DNA from: an uncultured Erysipelotrichaceae bacterium
Lineage (GTDB): Bacteria; Bacillota_I; Bacilli_A; RFN20; CAG-826
Assembly (NCBI GenBank): GCA_902768335.1
Contig: CACXKR010000003.1
Span: 1 to 53,715 of the forward strand
DNA length: 53,715 nucleotides
Direction: 5' to 3'
Part shown: in pieces, positions 10,052-18,806 of the stretch
How positions within the stretch are numbered: the first letter of the stretch is position 1
Layout of the letters: every line of letters starts with the position of its first letter
The notes under the pieces: generated by a model
Database searches by the model: none
Told to the model about the DNA's origin: nothing
What the model saw: only the letters and a program-made list of their open reading frames with translations
Program-made: the position numbers and the translations under genes

Positions 10052-11268
10052 TGGCGTTTAAAACCATTAAAACTCCACATATCCTCCTTCCAAAAGAAGG
10101 AACAGATATGAATGCTTGGGCGGTTATCGCTTGCGATCAATTCACATCTCAACTTGATTATTGGAAGGATGTTGAAAAGATTGTTGGAAATAAACCATCC
10201 ACTTTAAGAATGATGTTTCCTGAAGCTTATTTAGGAAAAGTTAATGAAGAAGAATTCATCGCTAAAACAAATAAGACGATTGAAAATTATCTTAAAGATG
10301 GCACACTAGTGGACCAAGGTGAATGTTTCATTTTGGTCGATAGATCAACACCTGATGTCAAACGTCGTCTTGGCTTAATTATTGCGATTGATTTAGATGA
10401 TTATACTTACGAAAAAGGTGTCAAATCTCTAATTAGAGCAAGCGAAGCAACCATTGTTGAGCGTATTCCGCCTCGCTTAAAAATTAGAAAAGATGCAGCG
10501 GTGGAACTACCGCACATTCTCTTCTTATTTGATGATAAAAAGCGAGAGATCATCGAAGGACTTTATGAAAGAAGAAATTCTTTTAAGAAAGTCTACGACT
10601 TTGATCTAATGAAAAACGGTGGTCATATCACCGGTTATAAGATTACAAACACTAAAGAAATCATCGCTCAATTTGAAAAGCTCTTAAAAGAGAATAATAA
10701 TGGATTACTTTTCATCGTCGGTGATGGAAACCATTCTTTAGCGACCGCGAAGGCGCACTGGGATCAAATCAAAGTTTCACTCAGTGAACAAGAAAAGGAA
10801 AATCATCCTGCTCGATACGCTTTAGTTGAAGCGCTAAACATCTATGATGAAGGTTTGATTTTTGAACCGATTCACCGCGTCGTCTTTAACCCAGATAAAG
10901 ATTTTGTTCCTGGATTAGAAAAAGTGCTTGAAGGTGAAAACAAATCTTATATTTATTCATCTAGCTTTGGAAAGAAAGAAGTTTCACTTCCAAAAGTAGG
11001 ACCAGAGGCTTATAAGATTGTTCAAACATATATTGATTCTTATTTGAAGAATCACAAAGAAACTTCGGTCGATTATATTCACGACGAAGATCAAACGATT
11101 GAAGTTGCTAAAAATAACCCTAATAGTGTGGCGTTAATTATGCCTGCACTAACAAAAAGCGATATATTCGCATATATTGCTAAAGATGAAGTCTTACCGA
11201 GAAAAGCCTTCTCGATGGGACACGCTGTCGAAAAGCGTTATTATCTTGAATCCAAAAGAATTAAATAA
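10051..11268 (+). CDS. DUF1015 family protein
   Basis: WAVIACDQFTS, ERIPPR, IVGDGNHSLATA, LPRKAFSMG motifs; TAATG coupling to gdhA; typical serC/serA neighbour. Confidence 0.8.
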   Translation: MAFKTIKTPHILLPKEGTDMNAWAVIACDQFTSQLDYWKDVEKIVGNKPSTLRMMFPEAYLGKVNEEEFIAKTNKTIENYLKDGTLVDQGECFILVDRSTPDVKRRLGLIIAIDLDDYTYEKGVKSLIRASEATIVERIPPRLKIRKDAAVELPHILFLFDDKKREIIEGLYERRNSFKKVYDFDLMKNGGHITGYKITNTKEIIAQFEKLLKENNNGLLFIVGDGNHSLATAKAHWDQIKVSLSEQEKENHPARYALVEALNIYDEGLIFEPIHRVVFNPDKDFVPGLEKVLEGENKSYIYSSSFGKKEVSLPKVGPEAYKIVQTYIDSYLKNHKETSVDYIHDEDQTIEVAKNNPNSVALIMPALTKSDIFAYIAKDEVLPRKAFSMGHAVEKRYYLESKRIK

Positions 11269-11280
11269 GGAGGAGATTCA

Positions 11281-12363
11281 ATGGGTAGAATTTATAACTT
11301 CTCAGCCGGTCCAGCAATGCTTCCAGAAGAAGTACTTAAGACCGCCGCAGGAGAAATGCTCGACTATCACGGCTGTGGTATGTCGGTTATGGAGATGTCG
11401 CATCGAAGCAAAGTTTATCAAGGCATCATTGATGAAGCTGAAGCTGATTTACGTAAACTAATTGGCATCCCAGACAATTACAAAGTTTTATTTATGCAAG
11501 GTGGCGCAACCCTTGCGTTCGCCATGATTCCAATGAACTTCATGGTCAAAGGTAAAGCTGATTATATCAACACTGGTGTGTGGACAAAGAAAGCCATCAA
11601 AGATGCAAAGCTTTATGGTGAAGTCAATGTCGTCGCTTCTGGTGAAGAAAACGGCTTTAAAAAGATTCCAGATATGAAAGGCGTCAAATTTGATAAAGAT
11701 GCCGATTATGTCTATATGTGTGATAACAACACCATCTATGGTTCAAAATGGAAAGAATATCCAGAGACTGGTGATATTCCATTAATTAACGATATGTCAT
11801 CATGCTTCTTAAGTGAACCAATCGATGTTAAGAAATTTGGCATGATTTATGCTGGCGCTCAAAAGAACGTCGGTCCTGCCGGTGTCACTATCTGTATCAT
11901 TAGAGAGGATTTACTTGCTAGAACTCCAAGAAATCCACTTCCAGCTTATCTTGATTATAGACTCCACGCTGAAAATGGTTCGATGTATAACACCCCACCA
12001 ACATATGGAATCTACATTTGTGGTTTAGTCTTCAAATGGTTACTCGCTAACGGTGGACTTGCAAAACGTAAAGAAATCAACGAAGAAAAAGCCAAAATCT
12101 TATATGATTATTTAGATAAATCTAAATTATTTATCCCATATGTCGATAAGAGTTGCCGTTCACTTATGAACGTTACCTTCCGCACTCCAAGCGAAGAGAT
12201 GGATGCCGAATTCCTTGAAGGCGCTAAAAAATACAAATTCACCAACCTTAAAGGACACCGTTCCACTGGTGGTTTACGTGCATCTATTTATAATGCAATG
12301 CCAATCGATGGCGTCAAAGCTCTCGTCGCTTACATGAAAGAATTCGAAGAGGCTCATAAATAA
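11281..12363 (+). CDS. serC: Phosphoserine aminotransferase
   Basis: YNFSAGPAMLP, EMSHRS, YAGAQKNVGP, YNTPP, KGHRSTGGLRASIYNA. Confidence 0.95.
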   Translation: MGRIYNFSAGPAMLPEEVLKTAAGEMLDYHGCGMSVMEMSHRSKVYQGIIDEAEADLRKLIGIPDNYKVLFMQGGATLAFAMIPMNFMVKGKADYINTGVWTKKAIKDAKLYGEVNVVASGEENGFKKIPDMKGVKFDKDADYVYMCDNNTIYGSKWKEYPETGDIPLINDMSSCFLSEPIDVKKFGMIYAGAQKNVGPAGVTICIIREDLLARTPRNPLPAYLDYRLHAENGSMYNTPPTYGIYICGLVFKWLLANGGLAKRKEINEEKAKILYDYLDKSKLFIPYVDKSCRSLMNVTFRTPSEEMDAEFLEGAKKYKFTNLKGHRSTGGLRASIYNAMPIDGVKALVAYMKEFEEAHK

Positions 12364-13499
12364 TGAATATTCTTTGTTTAAACAAAATTTCCCCAGTGGG
12401 AATGAAGGTTTTACCTTCCTCTTATAAAGTCACTGAAGATATTAACGAAGCAGACGCTATTTTAGTGCGTTCAGCTGCGATGCATGAAATGGTACTTCCA
12501 AAACGCGTTGTCGCTGTCGCTAGAGCGGGTGCTGGAGTTAATAACATTCCATTAGATGTTTACGCTAAAGCAGGTGTCGTTGTTTTTAACACTCCAGGTG
12601 CTAACGCTAATGCGGTTAAAGAATTAACTATCGCCGCTATGCTTTTAGCTGCAAGAGACATTCGTGGATCCATGGAATGGGTCAAAGCTAATAAAGAAGA
12701 CGAAGCTATCAATAAATCAATGGAAAAAGCTAAAGGTGCATTTGCTGGAACCGAAATCCTTGGCAAAACCTTAGGCGTTATTGGTTGTGGTGCAATTGGT
12801 GCATTGGTCGCTCAAGCTGCTGGTGCTCTTGGAATGCATGTTATTGGTGTTGAACCAAGTGCAGCCACCATTGAAAAGAACAAACATCTTTTCCCAAAAG
12901 ATATGGAAATCGTCTCTTATGATGAACTTTATAAACGTGCTGATTATATATCGGTTCACGTTCCATTATTAGATGCTACCAGAGGTATGCTTAATAAAGA
13001 AGCATTTGCTAAGATGAAAGACGGTGTCATCATCGTCAACTGCGCACGTGACGCAATCGTTAACGATAACGACTTAGAAGAAGCAATCAAAGCTGGTAAA
13101 GTCCGTCGCTATGTGACCGACTTCCCAAATCATAAGACTGCAAACATGGAAGGCGTCGTCGCTATTTCTCACTTAGGTGCTTCCACCGAAGAAGCCGAAG
13201 ATAACTGTGCTGCAATGGCAGCTAGCCAAGTTGTCGACTATGTCGAAAATGGTAATATCATCAACTCCGTTAACTATCCACGTTTAGATCTTGGCAAAAA
13301 AGAAGGCAAACGTGTCGTCGTCTTATTTGAAGGCGATAAAGTTAAAGAAGTGAGCGATATTGTTTCTAAAGCAGGTGCTAAAAAACTTGTTTCCGGTTTA
13401 AAGGGTGCATTTGGTGCCCTATTAGCCGAAGTCAGTGGCGAAGTTGACAAAGCTGCTCTTGAAGCTATTTCAGGCGTCACTAGAGTAATGGTTTTATAA
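12363..13499 (+). CDS. serA: D-3-phosphoglycerate dehydrogenase
   Basis: ARAGAGVNNI, NTPGANANAVKE, GVIGCGAIG, HLGASTEEAEDNCA; coupled to serC. Confidence 0.9.
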   Translation: MNILCLNKISPVGMKVLPSSYKVTEDINEADAILVRSAAMHEMVLPKRVVAVARAGAGVNNIPLDVYAKAGVVVFNTPGANANAVKELTIAAMLLAARDIRGSMEWVKANKEDEAINKSMEKAKGAFAGTEILGKTLGVIGCGAIGALVAQAAGALGMHVIGVEPSAATIEKNKHLFPKDMEIVSYDELYKRADYISVHVPLLDATRGMLNKEAFAKMKDGVIIVNCARDAIVNDNDLEEAIKAGKVRRYVTDFPNHKTANMEGVVAISHLGASTEEAEDNCAAMAASQVVDYVENGNIINSVNYPRLDLGKKEGKRVVVLFEGDKVKEVSDIVSKAGAKKLVSGLKGAFGALLAEVSGEVDKAALEAISGVTRVMVL

Positions 13500-13518
13500 T
13501 TTCTAAACCTAAACTTAT

Positions 13519-13560
13519 ATAACCATCAGGTTTACCCTGGTGGTTTTTTATATAAAACCT
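13519..13560 (+). repeat. Direct repeat copy 1, containing the serA terminator hairpin
   Basis: ATAACCATCAGGTTTACCCTGGTGGTTTTTTATATAAAACCT; near-identical to 14205-14245. Confidence 0.9.
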
Positions 13561-13592
13561 TGTTGTGCAAATAGTAATATTATATACTTTAA

Positions 13593-13610
13593 ATAGTAAA
13601 AAACTACTAT
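13593..13610 (+). promoter_or_regulatory. Candidate antitoxin operator
   Basis: Inverted repeat ATAGTA-N6-TACTAT directly upstream of the SD GGAGG of the antitoxin. Confidence 0.4.
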
Positions 13611-13622
13611 GGAGGATAACGT

Positions 13623-13889
13623 ATGATTATCATGGCATCTGCTGAAATCCGTCAAAATTACAATAAGGTGGCCGAAAAGTGCAAAGAGAGCGGTGAACCA
13701 ATTTACTTAACTAAAAACGGGCAAGGAGAGTTGGTTGTCATGGATATCGCTTCTTTTGAAAAACGCGAGCAAGAACTTAGAGCGCAAGAATTGGTTCTTG
13801 AAGCGTATTCATCTTATTTGGCTGGCGATAAGACTTATTCTCCTGAAGAAGCTCACAAGCGTATAAGAGAAATGATTGAGGCAAAGTGA
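13623..13889 (+). CDS. Phd/YefM-family antitoxin
   Basis: SAEIRQNY...EPIYLTKNGQGELVVMD Phd fold signature; 88 aa; GTGA/ATG overlap with the toxin. Confidence 0.9.
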   Translation: MIIMASAEIRQNYNKVAEKCKESGEPIYLTKNGQGELVVMDIASFEKREQELRAQELVLEAYSSYLAGDKTYSPEEAHKRIREMIEAK

Positions 13890-14194
13890 TGGCTGTTTTA
13901 AAAATCGTTTTGACATCAAACGCATATGCCGATTGGCAGAATTGCGTTTCTTTTGTTTTGAATGCTTCAAAAGAAGCGGCTATAAAACTTGACGATGAAA
14001 TAAAAGCAACAATTGATAATTTGAGTAATTATCCAGAAAAGAATCCGATTTTTGAAATGAATCGAACTTTTCCATTTGTAGTAAGAAAATCGATTGTAAA
14101 TCGAAGATATATAATTTTATTTAGTATTAACGAACAAGAAATACTGGTTTATCGTATTCTCGACGTTAGAAGAAAATTTGAAGCATTAATCTAA
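13886..14194 (+). CDS. RelE/ParE-family toxin
   Basis: IVLTSNAYAD...LSNYPE...RYIILFSI...VYRILDVRR; size and position downstream of the antitoxin. Confidence 0.8.
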   Translation: MMAVLKIVLTSNAYADWQNCVSFVLNASKEAAIKLDDEIKATIDNLSNYPEKNPIFEMNRTFPFVVRKSIVNRRYIILFSINEQEILVYRILDVRRKFEALI

Positions 14195-14204
14195 AACAAC
14201 TCAA

Positions 14205-14245
14205 ATAACCATCAGGTTTAACCTGGTGGTTTTTTAATAAAACCT
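14205..14245 (+). repeat. Direct repeat copy 2, containing the TA terminator hairpin
   Basis: ATAACCATCAGGTTTAACCTGGTGGTTTTTTAATAAAACCT; one substitution and one indel versus copy 1. Confidence 0.9.
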
Positions 14246-14265
14246 CCCCTGAGGGAGGTCTTTTT
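14240..14265 (-). terminator. Hairpin probably terminating the convergent membrane-protein gene
   Basis: AAAACCTCCC-ctga-GGGAGGTCTTTT. Confidence 0.6.
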
Positions 14266-14817
14266 CTATTTGGCGAAGGCTTCTTTTAACCCTTCGTTAT
14301 CTTTGAAGATATAACCATCGCCCGGTATATAAGTTAATGTAATTATTGATGCGGTAATAAGCACTGCGATAACAATCCAGAAGATGAGAGATTTTTTCAT
14401 GAATTCTTGCTTTGCAAGATGGAACGCAAGTATACCTAAGAAGATGAAGCACATCATAACTAAAATGATGTCTGGTAAAACTAGTGCAACAATAGAATAG
14501 CTTTCATAAATAGCGAAGGCTCCTAGAACCGATAGAATTGAAAGAAGTCCGCAAACGGTGAAACTACCAAAATAGCCCCAGTTCTTTTCTTTAATAGAAA
14601 GAATGATTCCAGCAAACAAGAACGGATACCATAAAAGTTTCATGTGTTCCCAAGTCGTTTCGTTAACTGGGAATAGCACACCAAGTACTTTAATAACGAT
14701 TTCGTTGTGGAAAATTTCGTGGATAAAATGCCCTAGGCATCCAGATAAAATTAAAATGGTTATCGTTAATATTTCCAAACGATATTTAATGAACCAATCT
14801 TTGATTTTTAACATCAT
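14266..14817 (-). CDS. Multi-pass membrane protein, DUF6512-like
   Basis: HFIHE...FPVNETTWEHMKLL motif; several hydrophobic segments; SD AGAGG before ATG at 14817. Confidence 0.65.
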   Translation of the reverse strand: MMLKIKDWFIKYRLEILTITILILSGCLGHFIHEIFHNEIVIKVLGVLFPVNETTWEHMKLLWYPFLFAGIILSIKEKNWGYFGSFTVCGLLSILSVLGAFAIYESYSIVALVLPDIILVMMCFIFLGILAFHLAKQEFMKKSLIFWIVIAVLITASIITLTYIPGDGYIFKDNEGLKEAFAK

Positions 14818-14936
14818 AATATCAACCTCTTGAAGCAAGAACACTTCCAAACAATTTTAAAGTTTAATTTTGCTTAATAATAAAAACAAGAATCAATTTT
14901 ATTTTGCCAAGAAGTTTTTCGTTTATAATAAAGTTG

Positions 14937-15143
14937 ATGAGATTAACTGTAGACTGCGTTACTTCTAGTGAATATCCTGACGTTTTCTCGATCGGAGATC
15001 TTTTAAGATATCGAAATGTTGAAGCTGTTCCTTGGCTAGTTGTTGGCGTGAATAACGTCTTCTATCGCACGAAAGATTTCGAAAATGTCTATTTAAAAGA
15101 AGGCGATAAAGTCGATTTGGTTTACATTCGTGGTGGTGGATAA
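14937..15143 (+). CDS. ThiS/MoaD-like ubiquitin-fold sulfur carrier
   Basis: 68 aa; VVGVNN..; LKEGDKVDLV; C-terminal GGG-stop; directly upstream of a ThiF/MoeB enzyme. Confidence 0.8.
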   Translation: MRLTVDCVTSSEYPDVFSIGDLLRYRNVEAVPWLVVGVNNVFYRTKDFENVYLKEGDKVDLVYIRGGG

Positions 15144-15144
15144 T

Positions 15145-15864
15145 ATGTCTAAATTGTCTAAAAGACAAATTGAAAAATATTATTGCTCCACCTTTTTAAA
15201 AGAAATCGGTGAAGTAGGACAGGAAAAATTGCTTAAGAGCAAAGTTTTAGTCGTAGGCGCGGGCGGGTTAGGAAGTTCTAACATTCTGTATTTATCATCC
15301 ATCGGAATCGGAACTTTAGGAATCATTGATTTTGATGAAGTATCTTTAGATAATTTACCTCGACAAGTCCTTTATGGTGAGAGTGATGTTGGTAAAACCA
15401 AAGTCGAAATTATTAAAGACAAATTTTTAGGCAAAAATAGCGATACAAAAATTGTTATTTATAAAGAAAAATTAGATGAAAAAAACGCTGATAAAATAAT
15501 CAAAGATTATGACATCATCTTAGATTGCGTGGATAATTTTGATACCGAGTTTATTCTCAATGATGTTTGTAGTAAGAATAGAATTCCTTTGGTGGTCGCA
15601 GGAGTTGGTGGATTTAAAGGTCAGGTTACATTGGTAACACCTGAATCAAAACGTGACTTTAGATCGCTATTCTCATCTATTCCTAACATTACAAAAGAGA
15701 TTAAAGAAAGCGATAGAGGAGTTTTCCCTCTAGCTGTTGCAATAGTTTCAAATATTCAATGCGCTGAAGCAATTAAGTACTTGCTCGGTATTGGTGAACC
15801 CTTGATTGATACAATGCTAGTAATAGATACAATCGCAATGCGATTTGATAAATTTAAGATGTAA
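15145..15864 (+). CDS. ThiF/MoeB/HesA-family adenylyltransferase
   Basis: GQEKLLKSKVLVVGAGGLGS, GIIDFDEVSLDNLPRQVLY, DCVDNF. Confidence 0.9.
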   Translation: MSKLSKRQIEKYYCSTFLKEIGEVGQEKLLKSKVLVVGAGGLGSSNILYLSSIGIGTLGIIDFDEVSLDNLPRQVLYGESDVGKTKVEIIKDKFLGKNSDTKIVIYKEKLDEKNADKIIKDYDIILDCVDNFDTEFILNDVCSKNRIPLVVAGVGGFKGQVTLVTPESKRDFRSLFSSIPNITKEIKESDRGVFPLAVAIVSNIQCAEAIKYLLGIGEPLIDTMLVIDTIAMRFDKFKM

Positions 15865-15892
15865 AAAAAGCGGCTCATACGAGTCGCCTTTT
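15864..15892. terminator. Bidirectional terminator between thiF-like gene and arcC
   Basis: AAAAAAGCGGCTC-atac-GAGTCGCCTTTT. Confidence 0.7.
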
Positions 15893-15907
15893 CATAAATA
15901 ATTTTGG

Positions 15908-16825
15908 TTATTTAATGATGGTTCCCGCTTTTAATTCAACAGCGAGATTTGCTTTCTCTAAAGAAGAAATAATTGCAGTTTTGCCAGGCTTTTCGTTTAA
16001 GAACTTAACGCAAGCGTTGACTTTTGGATACATGCTACCTTTGGCAAAGTAGTCAGTTTTAAGATATTCTTCCATTTCTTTTTTAGAAACGCTTTCAAGT
16101 TTCTTTTCATCTGGCTTACGGTAGTTAATGTACACATTATCGACAGCGGTTAAGATAACAAGATAATCAGCATCAACTAATGCTGCAACTTTTGCAGAAG
16201 CATAGTCTTTGTCAATAACGGCAGCGACGCCTTCGAGTTTTTCGCCGTTCTTGATGACAGGAATACCGCCTCCGCCTGCGCAAACAACGATATCGCCTTG
16301 TTTAACTAAGGTTGCAATCGATTCTTTTTCGATGACATCGATTGGAAGCGGGGAAGGAACAACTCTTCTCCAACCACGACCAGCATCTTCTTTCATTGTG
16401 TAGCCTTTTTCAGCGGCAATCTTCTTAGCTTCTTCTTCACTATAGAAGGCACCGACTGGTTTGGATGGGCTTAAGAACATTGGATCGTTTTTATCAACGA
16501 GCACTTGTGAAACAAGTGTAACAACATTTCTTTTAAGTTTTTCTTCCTTTAAAGCATTATAAATTGCGTTTTGAATGTGGAAGCCAATATAACCTTGTGA
16601 CATTGCTCCGCATTCTGGGAATGGCATATCTGGAGCAGAAGTTGATTCCGTGAACGCTAAATTAATCATTCCAACTTGTGGTCCATTGCCATGAACAATA
16701 ATAACTTCGTGTCCTAATTTAATAAGGTGAACAATGCTTTTAGCAACACCGACGAGAAGGGCTTTCTGTTCTTCGGCGTTATTTCCAAGAGCATTACCAC
16801 CTAATGAAACTACATATCTTGACAT
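15908..16825 (-). CDS. arcC: Carbamate kinase
   Basis: VSLGGNAL, VHGNGPQVG, EDAGRGWRRVVPSP, GGGGIPV, AVIDKD, GSMYPKV. Confidence 0.95.
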   Translation of the reverse strand: MSRYVVSLGGNALGNNAEEQKALLVGVAKSIVHLIKLGHEVIIVHGNGPQVGMINLAFTESTSAPDMPFPECGAMSQGYIGFHIQNAIYNALKEEKLKRNVVTLVSQVLVDKNDPMFLSPSKPVGAFYSEEEAKKIAAEKGYTMKEDAGRGWRRVVPSPLPIDVIEKESIATLVKQGDIVVCAGGGGIPVIKNGEKLEGVAAVIDKDYASAKVAALVDADYLVILTAVDNVYINYRKPDEKKLESVSKKEMEEYLKTDYFAKGSMYPKVNACVKFLNEKPGKTAIISSLEKANLAVELKAGTIIK

Positions 16826-16965
16826 AAATATCTCCTTTATCGCTTCCTAATTATATAACTAGCATCCAAAATATAAAAATATTTTAAATTAAGAATATTA
16901 TATATTTTGAATATATATTCAAAATTTAAATACCTATTTCATACTCTTATACGCGCAACGTATAC

Positions 16966-16994
16966 TTGAAAGCGCTTAACCGCTCGTGTAGAAT
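16966..16994 (+). promoter_or_regulatory. sigA-type promoter for the Mo-enzyme cluster with an overlapping cre-like site
   Basis: TTGAAA-N17-TAGAAT; TGAAAGCGCTTAAC at 16967-16980 is a near-cre/LacI palindrome. Confidence 0.5.
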
Positions 16995-17006
16995 TATAAA
17001 TAATTC

Positions 17007-17582
17007 ATGATGACTGGCCTAATTCTCGCTGGCGGATGTTCTAGCCGCGCTAAAACAAATAAATTGCTCCTGAAGGTCAATGATAAGCCATTAATTTTAA
17101 ATACAATCGCATCTTTAAGTTCGCTTGTGGATGAACTTGTCGTGGTGACAGGTAAATTCGACAAAGAACTTAGACCATATCTTAGCAATTTCAAAGTTGT
17201 TTATAACAAGGATTATGAACTTGGAATGTTTTCGTCTGTGAAAGCCGGAATTAAAGATATCGATTCTGATCTATTAATTCTTCCTGGAGATATTTCAAAT
17301 GTTTCTTCAAAAACAATAAGCGCAATCATTACTAACAAAGGAATCATCACTATACCAACATATAAAGGTAAAAGCGGTCATCCTTTATTTTTGAATAAAG
17401 AAATGGTGAACAAACTTAAACAAGAAAATATTAATTCAAATTTAAGAGCGTTCATTAATTCAAATATTGACTATGTCAATTATGTCGAAGTAGATGATCC
17501 GTTCATCAATTTCGATGTTGATACAATCGAAGATTATAATCGTTTAGTAAAGCAGGGAAAGGAACTAACTTATGAAAGCTAA
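17007..17582 (+). CDS. mocA: Molybdenum cofactor cytidylyltransferase-like NTP transferase (MocA/YgfJ)
   Basis: LILAGGCSSR..NKLLL, GMFSSVKAG, LPGD, GHP, DVDTIEDY; heads a xanthine-oxidase-family cluster. Confidence 0.75.
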   Translation: MMTGLILAGGCSSRAKTNKLLLKVNDKPLILNTIASLSSLVDELVVVTGKFDKELRPYLSNFKVVYNKDYELGMFSSVKAGIKDIDSDLLILPGDISNVSSKTISAIITNKGIITIPTYKGKSGHPLFLNKEMVNKLKQENINSNLRAFINSNIDYVNYVEVDDPFINFDVDTIEDYNRLVKQGKELTYES

Positions 17583-18351
17583 TTCTTATGTAAGCGTTGG
17601 CTCATGGCAAGAAGCTTACAAACTCCTAAAGGCCTCACCCAAAAACAAAATCATTGGTGGCGGTCTTTGGTTAAAGAAAGGAAACGCTCAAGTTGATACT
17701 CTCATTGACTTAAGCAGACTAAACCTTAAGAAAATCGAGGATAAAGGTGCCTATATTGAAATTGGCTCAATGGTCAGTCAAAGAGAACTCGAACAATCTT
17801 CATTGATTAAAGGTCTATCCAATGGAGTTATCTCTGAGGCCGTTTCTCAAATCATGGGTCCAGCTTTTAGAAACGTGGCCACTGTTGGTGGTTCCGTGTA
17901 CGGAAAGTATGGATTCTCCGATTTAATTGCGGTTCTTTTGGGATTTGAAGTCGAACTCCAATTCTATCCAAGTAAGACTATGTCTTTAGAAGAATATCTT
18001 GCTCAACCAGGTTTCTATGATGGAATTCTTACTCATATTAGAATTCAAAAGAAAGATGCTCGAGCATTCTTTAAAAAAGTTTGTTTAACTTCCTTGGATT
18101 ATCCAATCCTAAATATCTGTATCACCAAAGGTGAGAAATATGTTGTTGTCGTTGGATCACGTCCACTTGTTGCGACACGATTAACTAAGACGATGGAATA
18201 TCTTAATAATGGCGGTAGCGATTTTAAAGAAGCCGCTAGAATCGCTGCTACAGAAATTAAAGTTGGTGATTCTATCGCCACCAAAGGTGAATATCGTAAA
18301 GAACTCGTAAAAGTTTACGTTGAACGTGGACTTGAGGAGGTAAATAAATAA
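17572..18351 (+). CDS. FAD-binding subunit of molybdenum hydroxylase I (YgfM-like)
   Basis: IIGGGLWLK, IEIGSMVSQRELE, FRNVATVGGSV, SDL, EYRKELVKV. Confidence 0.85.
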   Translation: MKANSYVSVGSWQEAYKLLKASPKNKIIGGGLWLKKGNAQVDTLIDLSRLNLKKIEDKGAYIEIGSMVSQRELEQSSLIKGLSNGVISEAVSQIMGPAFRNVATVGGSVYGKYGFSDLIAVLLGFEVELQFYPSKTMSLEEYLAQPGFYDGILTHIRIQKKDARAFFKKVCLTSLDYPILNICITKGEKYVVVVGSRPLVATRLTKTMEYLNNGGSDFKEAARIAATEIKVGDSIATKGEYRKELVKVYVERGLEEVNK

Positions 18352-18806
18352 TGCTAGTGAAATTTAACCTCAATGGACTTGAAAAAGAAGTCAATGTTAA
18401 AGCTAATGAATATCTTTTAGATACTCTTCGCTCCATAGGCGTTAAATCCGTTAAGAAAGGTTGCAATGCCTCTTCATGCGGCGTCTGCACCGTTTTATTG
18501 GATGATAAACCAGTTTTGTCTTGCTCTATCTTAACCGTTAGAGTTGCTGGTCATAAAGTTGAAACTGTGGAATCAATTCAAGAAGAAGCCGCTAAATTAA
18601 GTGAATGCTTCTCTAAAGAAGGCGCTGATCAATGCGGTTATTGTAATGCTGCTTTTGCTCTTATGGTCCACGCTTTAAGAAAAGAAAATCCAAATCCAAG
18701 TGCTGAAGAAATTAAGGAATACCTAAAAGGTAATCTTTGTCGATGCACTGGTTATCAATCTCAACAAAAAGCCATCCGTGCTTATTTAGGGGGTGAAGAA
18801 AAATGA
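18351..18806 (+). CDS. 2x[2Fe-2S] subunit of molybdenum hydroxylase I
   Basis: KKGCNASSCGVCTV...SC; QCGYC; NLCRCTGY. Confidence 0.9.
   Translation: MLVKFNLNGLEKEVNVKANEYLLDTLRSIGVKSVKKGCNASSCGVCTVLLDDKPVLSCSILTVRVAGHKVETVESIQEEAAKLSECFSKEGADQCGYCNAAFALMVHALRKENPNPSAEEIKEYLKGNLCRCTGYQSQQKAIRAYLGGEEK

Noticed and set aside
13519-14245. Repeat pair as a mini CRISPR array or integron attC sites
   Set aside because: Only two copies with genes between them, no cas or intI gene, and no RYYYAAC/GTTRRRY boxes; each copy is a terminator hairpin.
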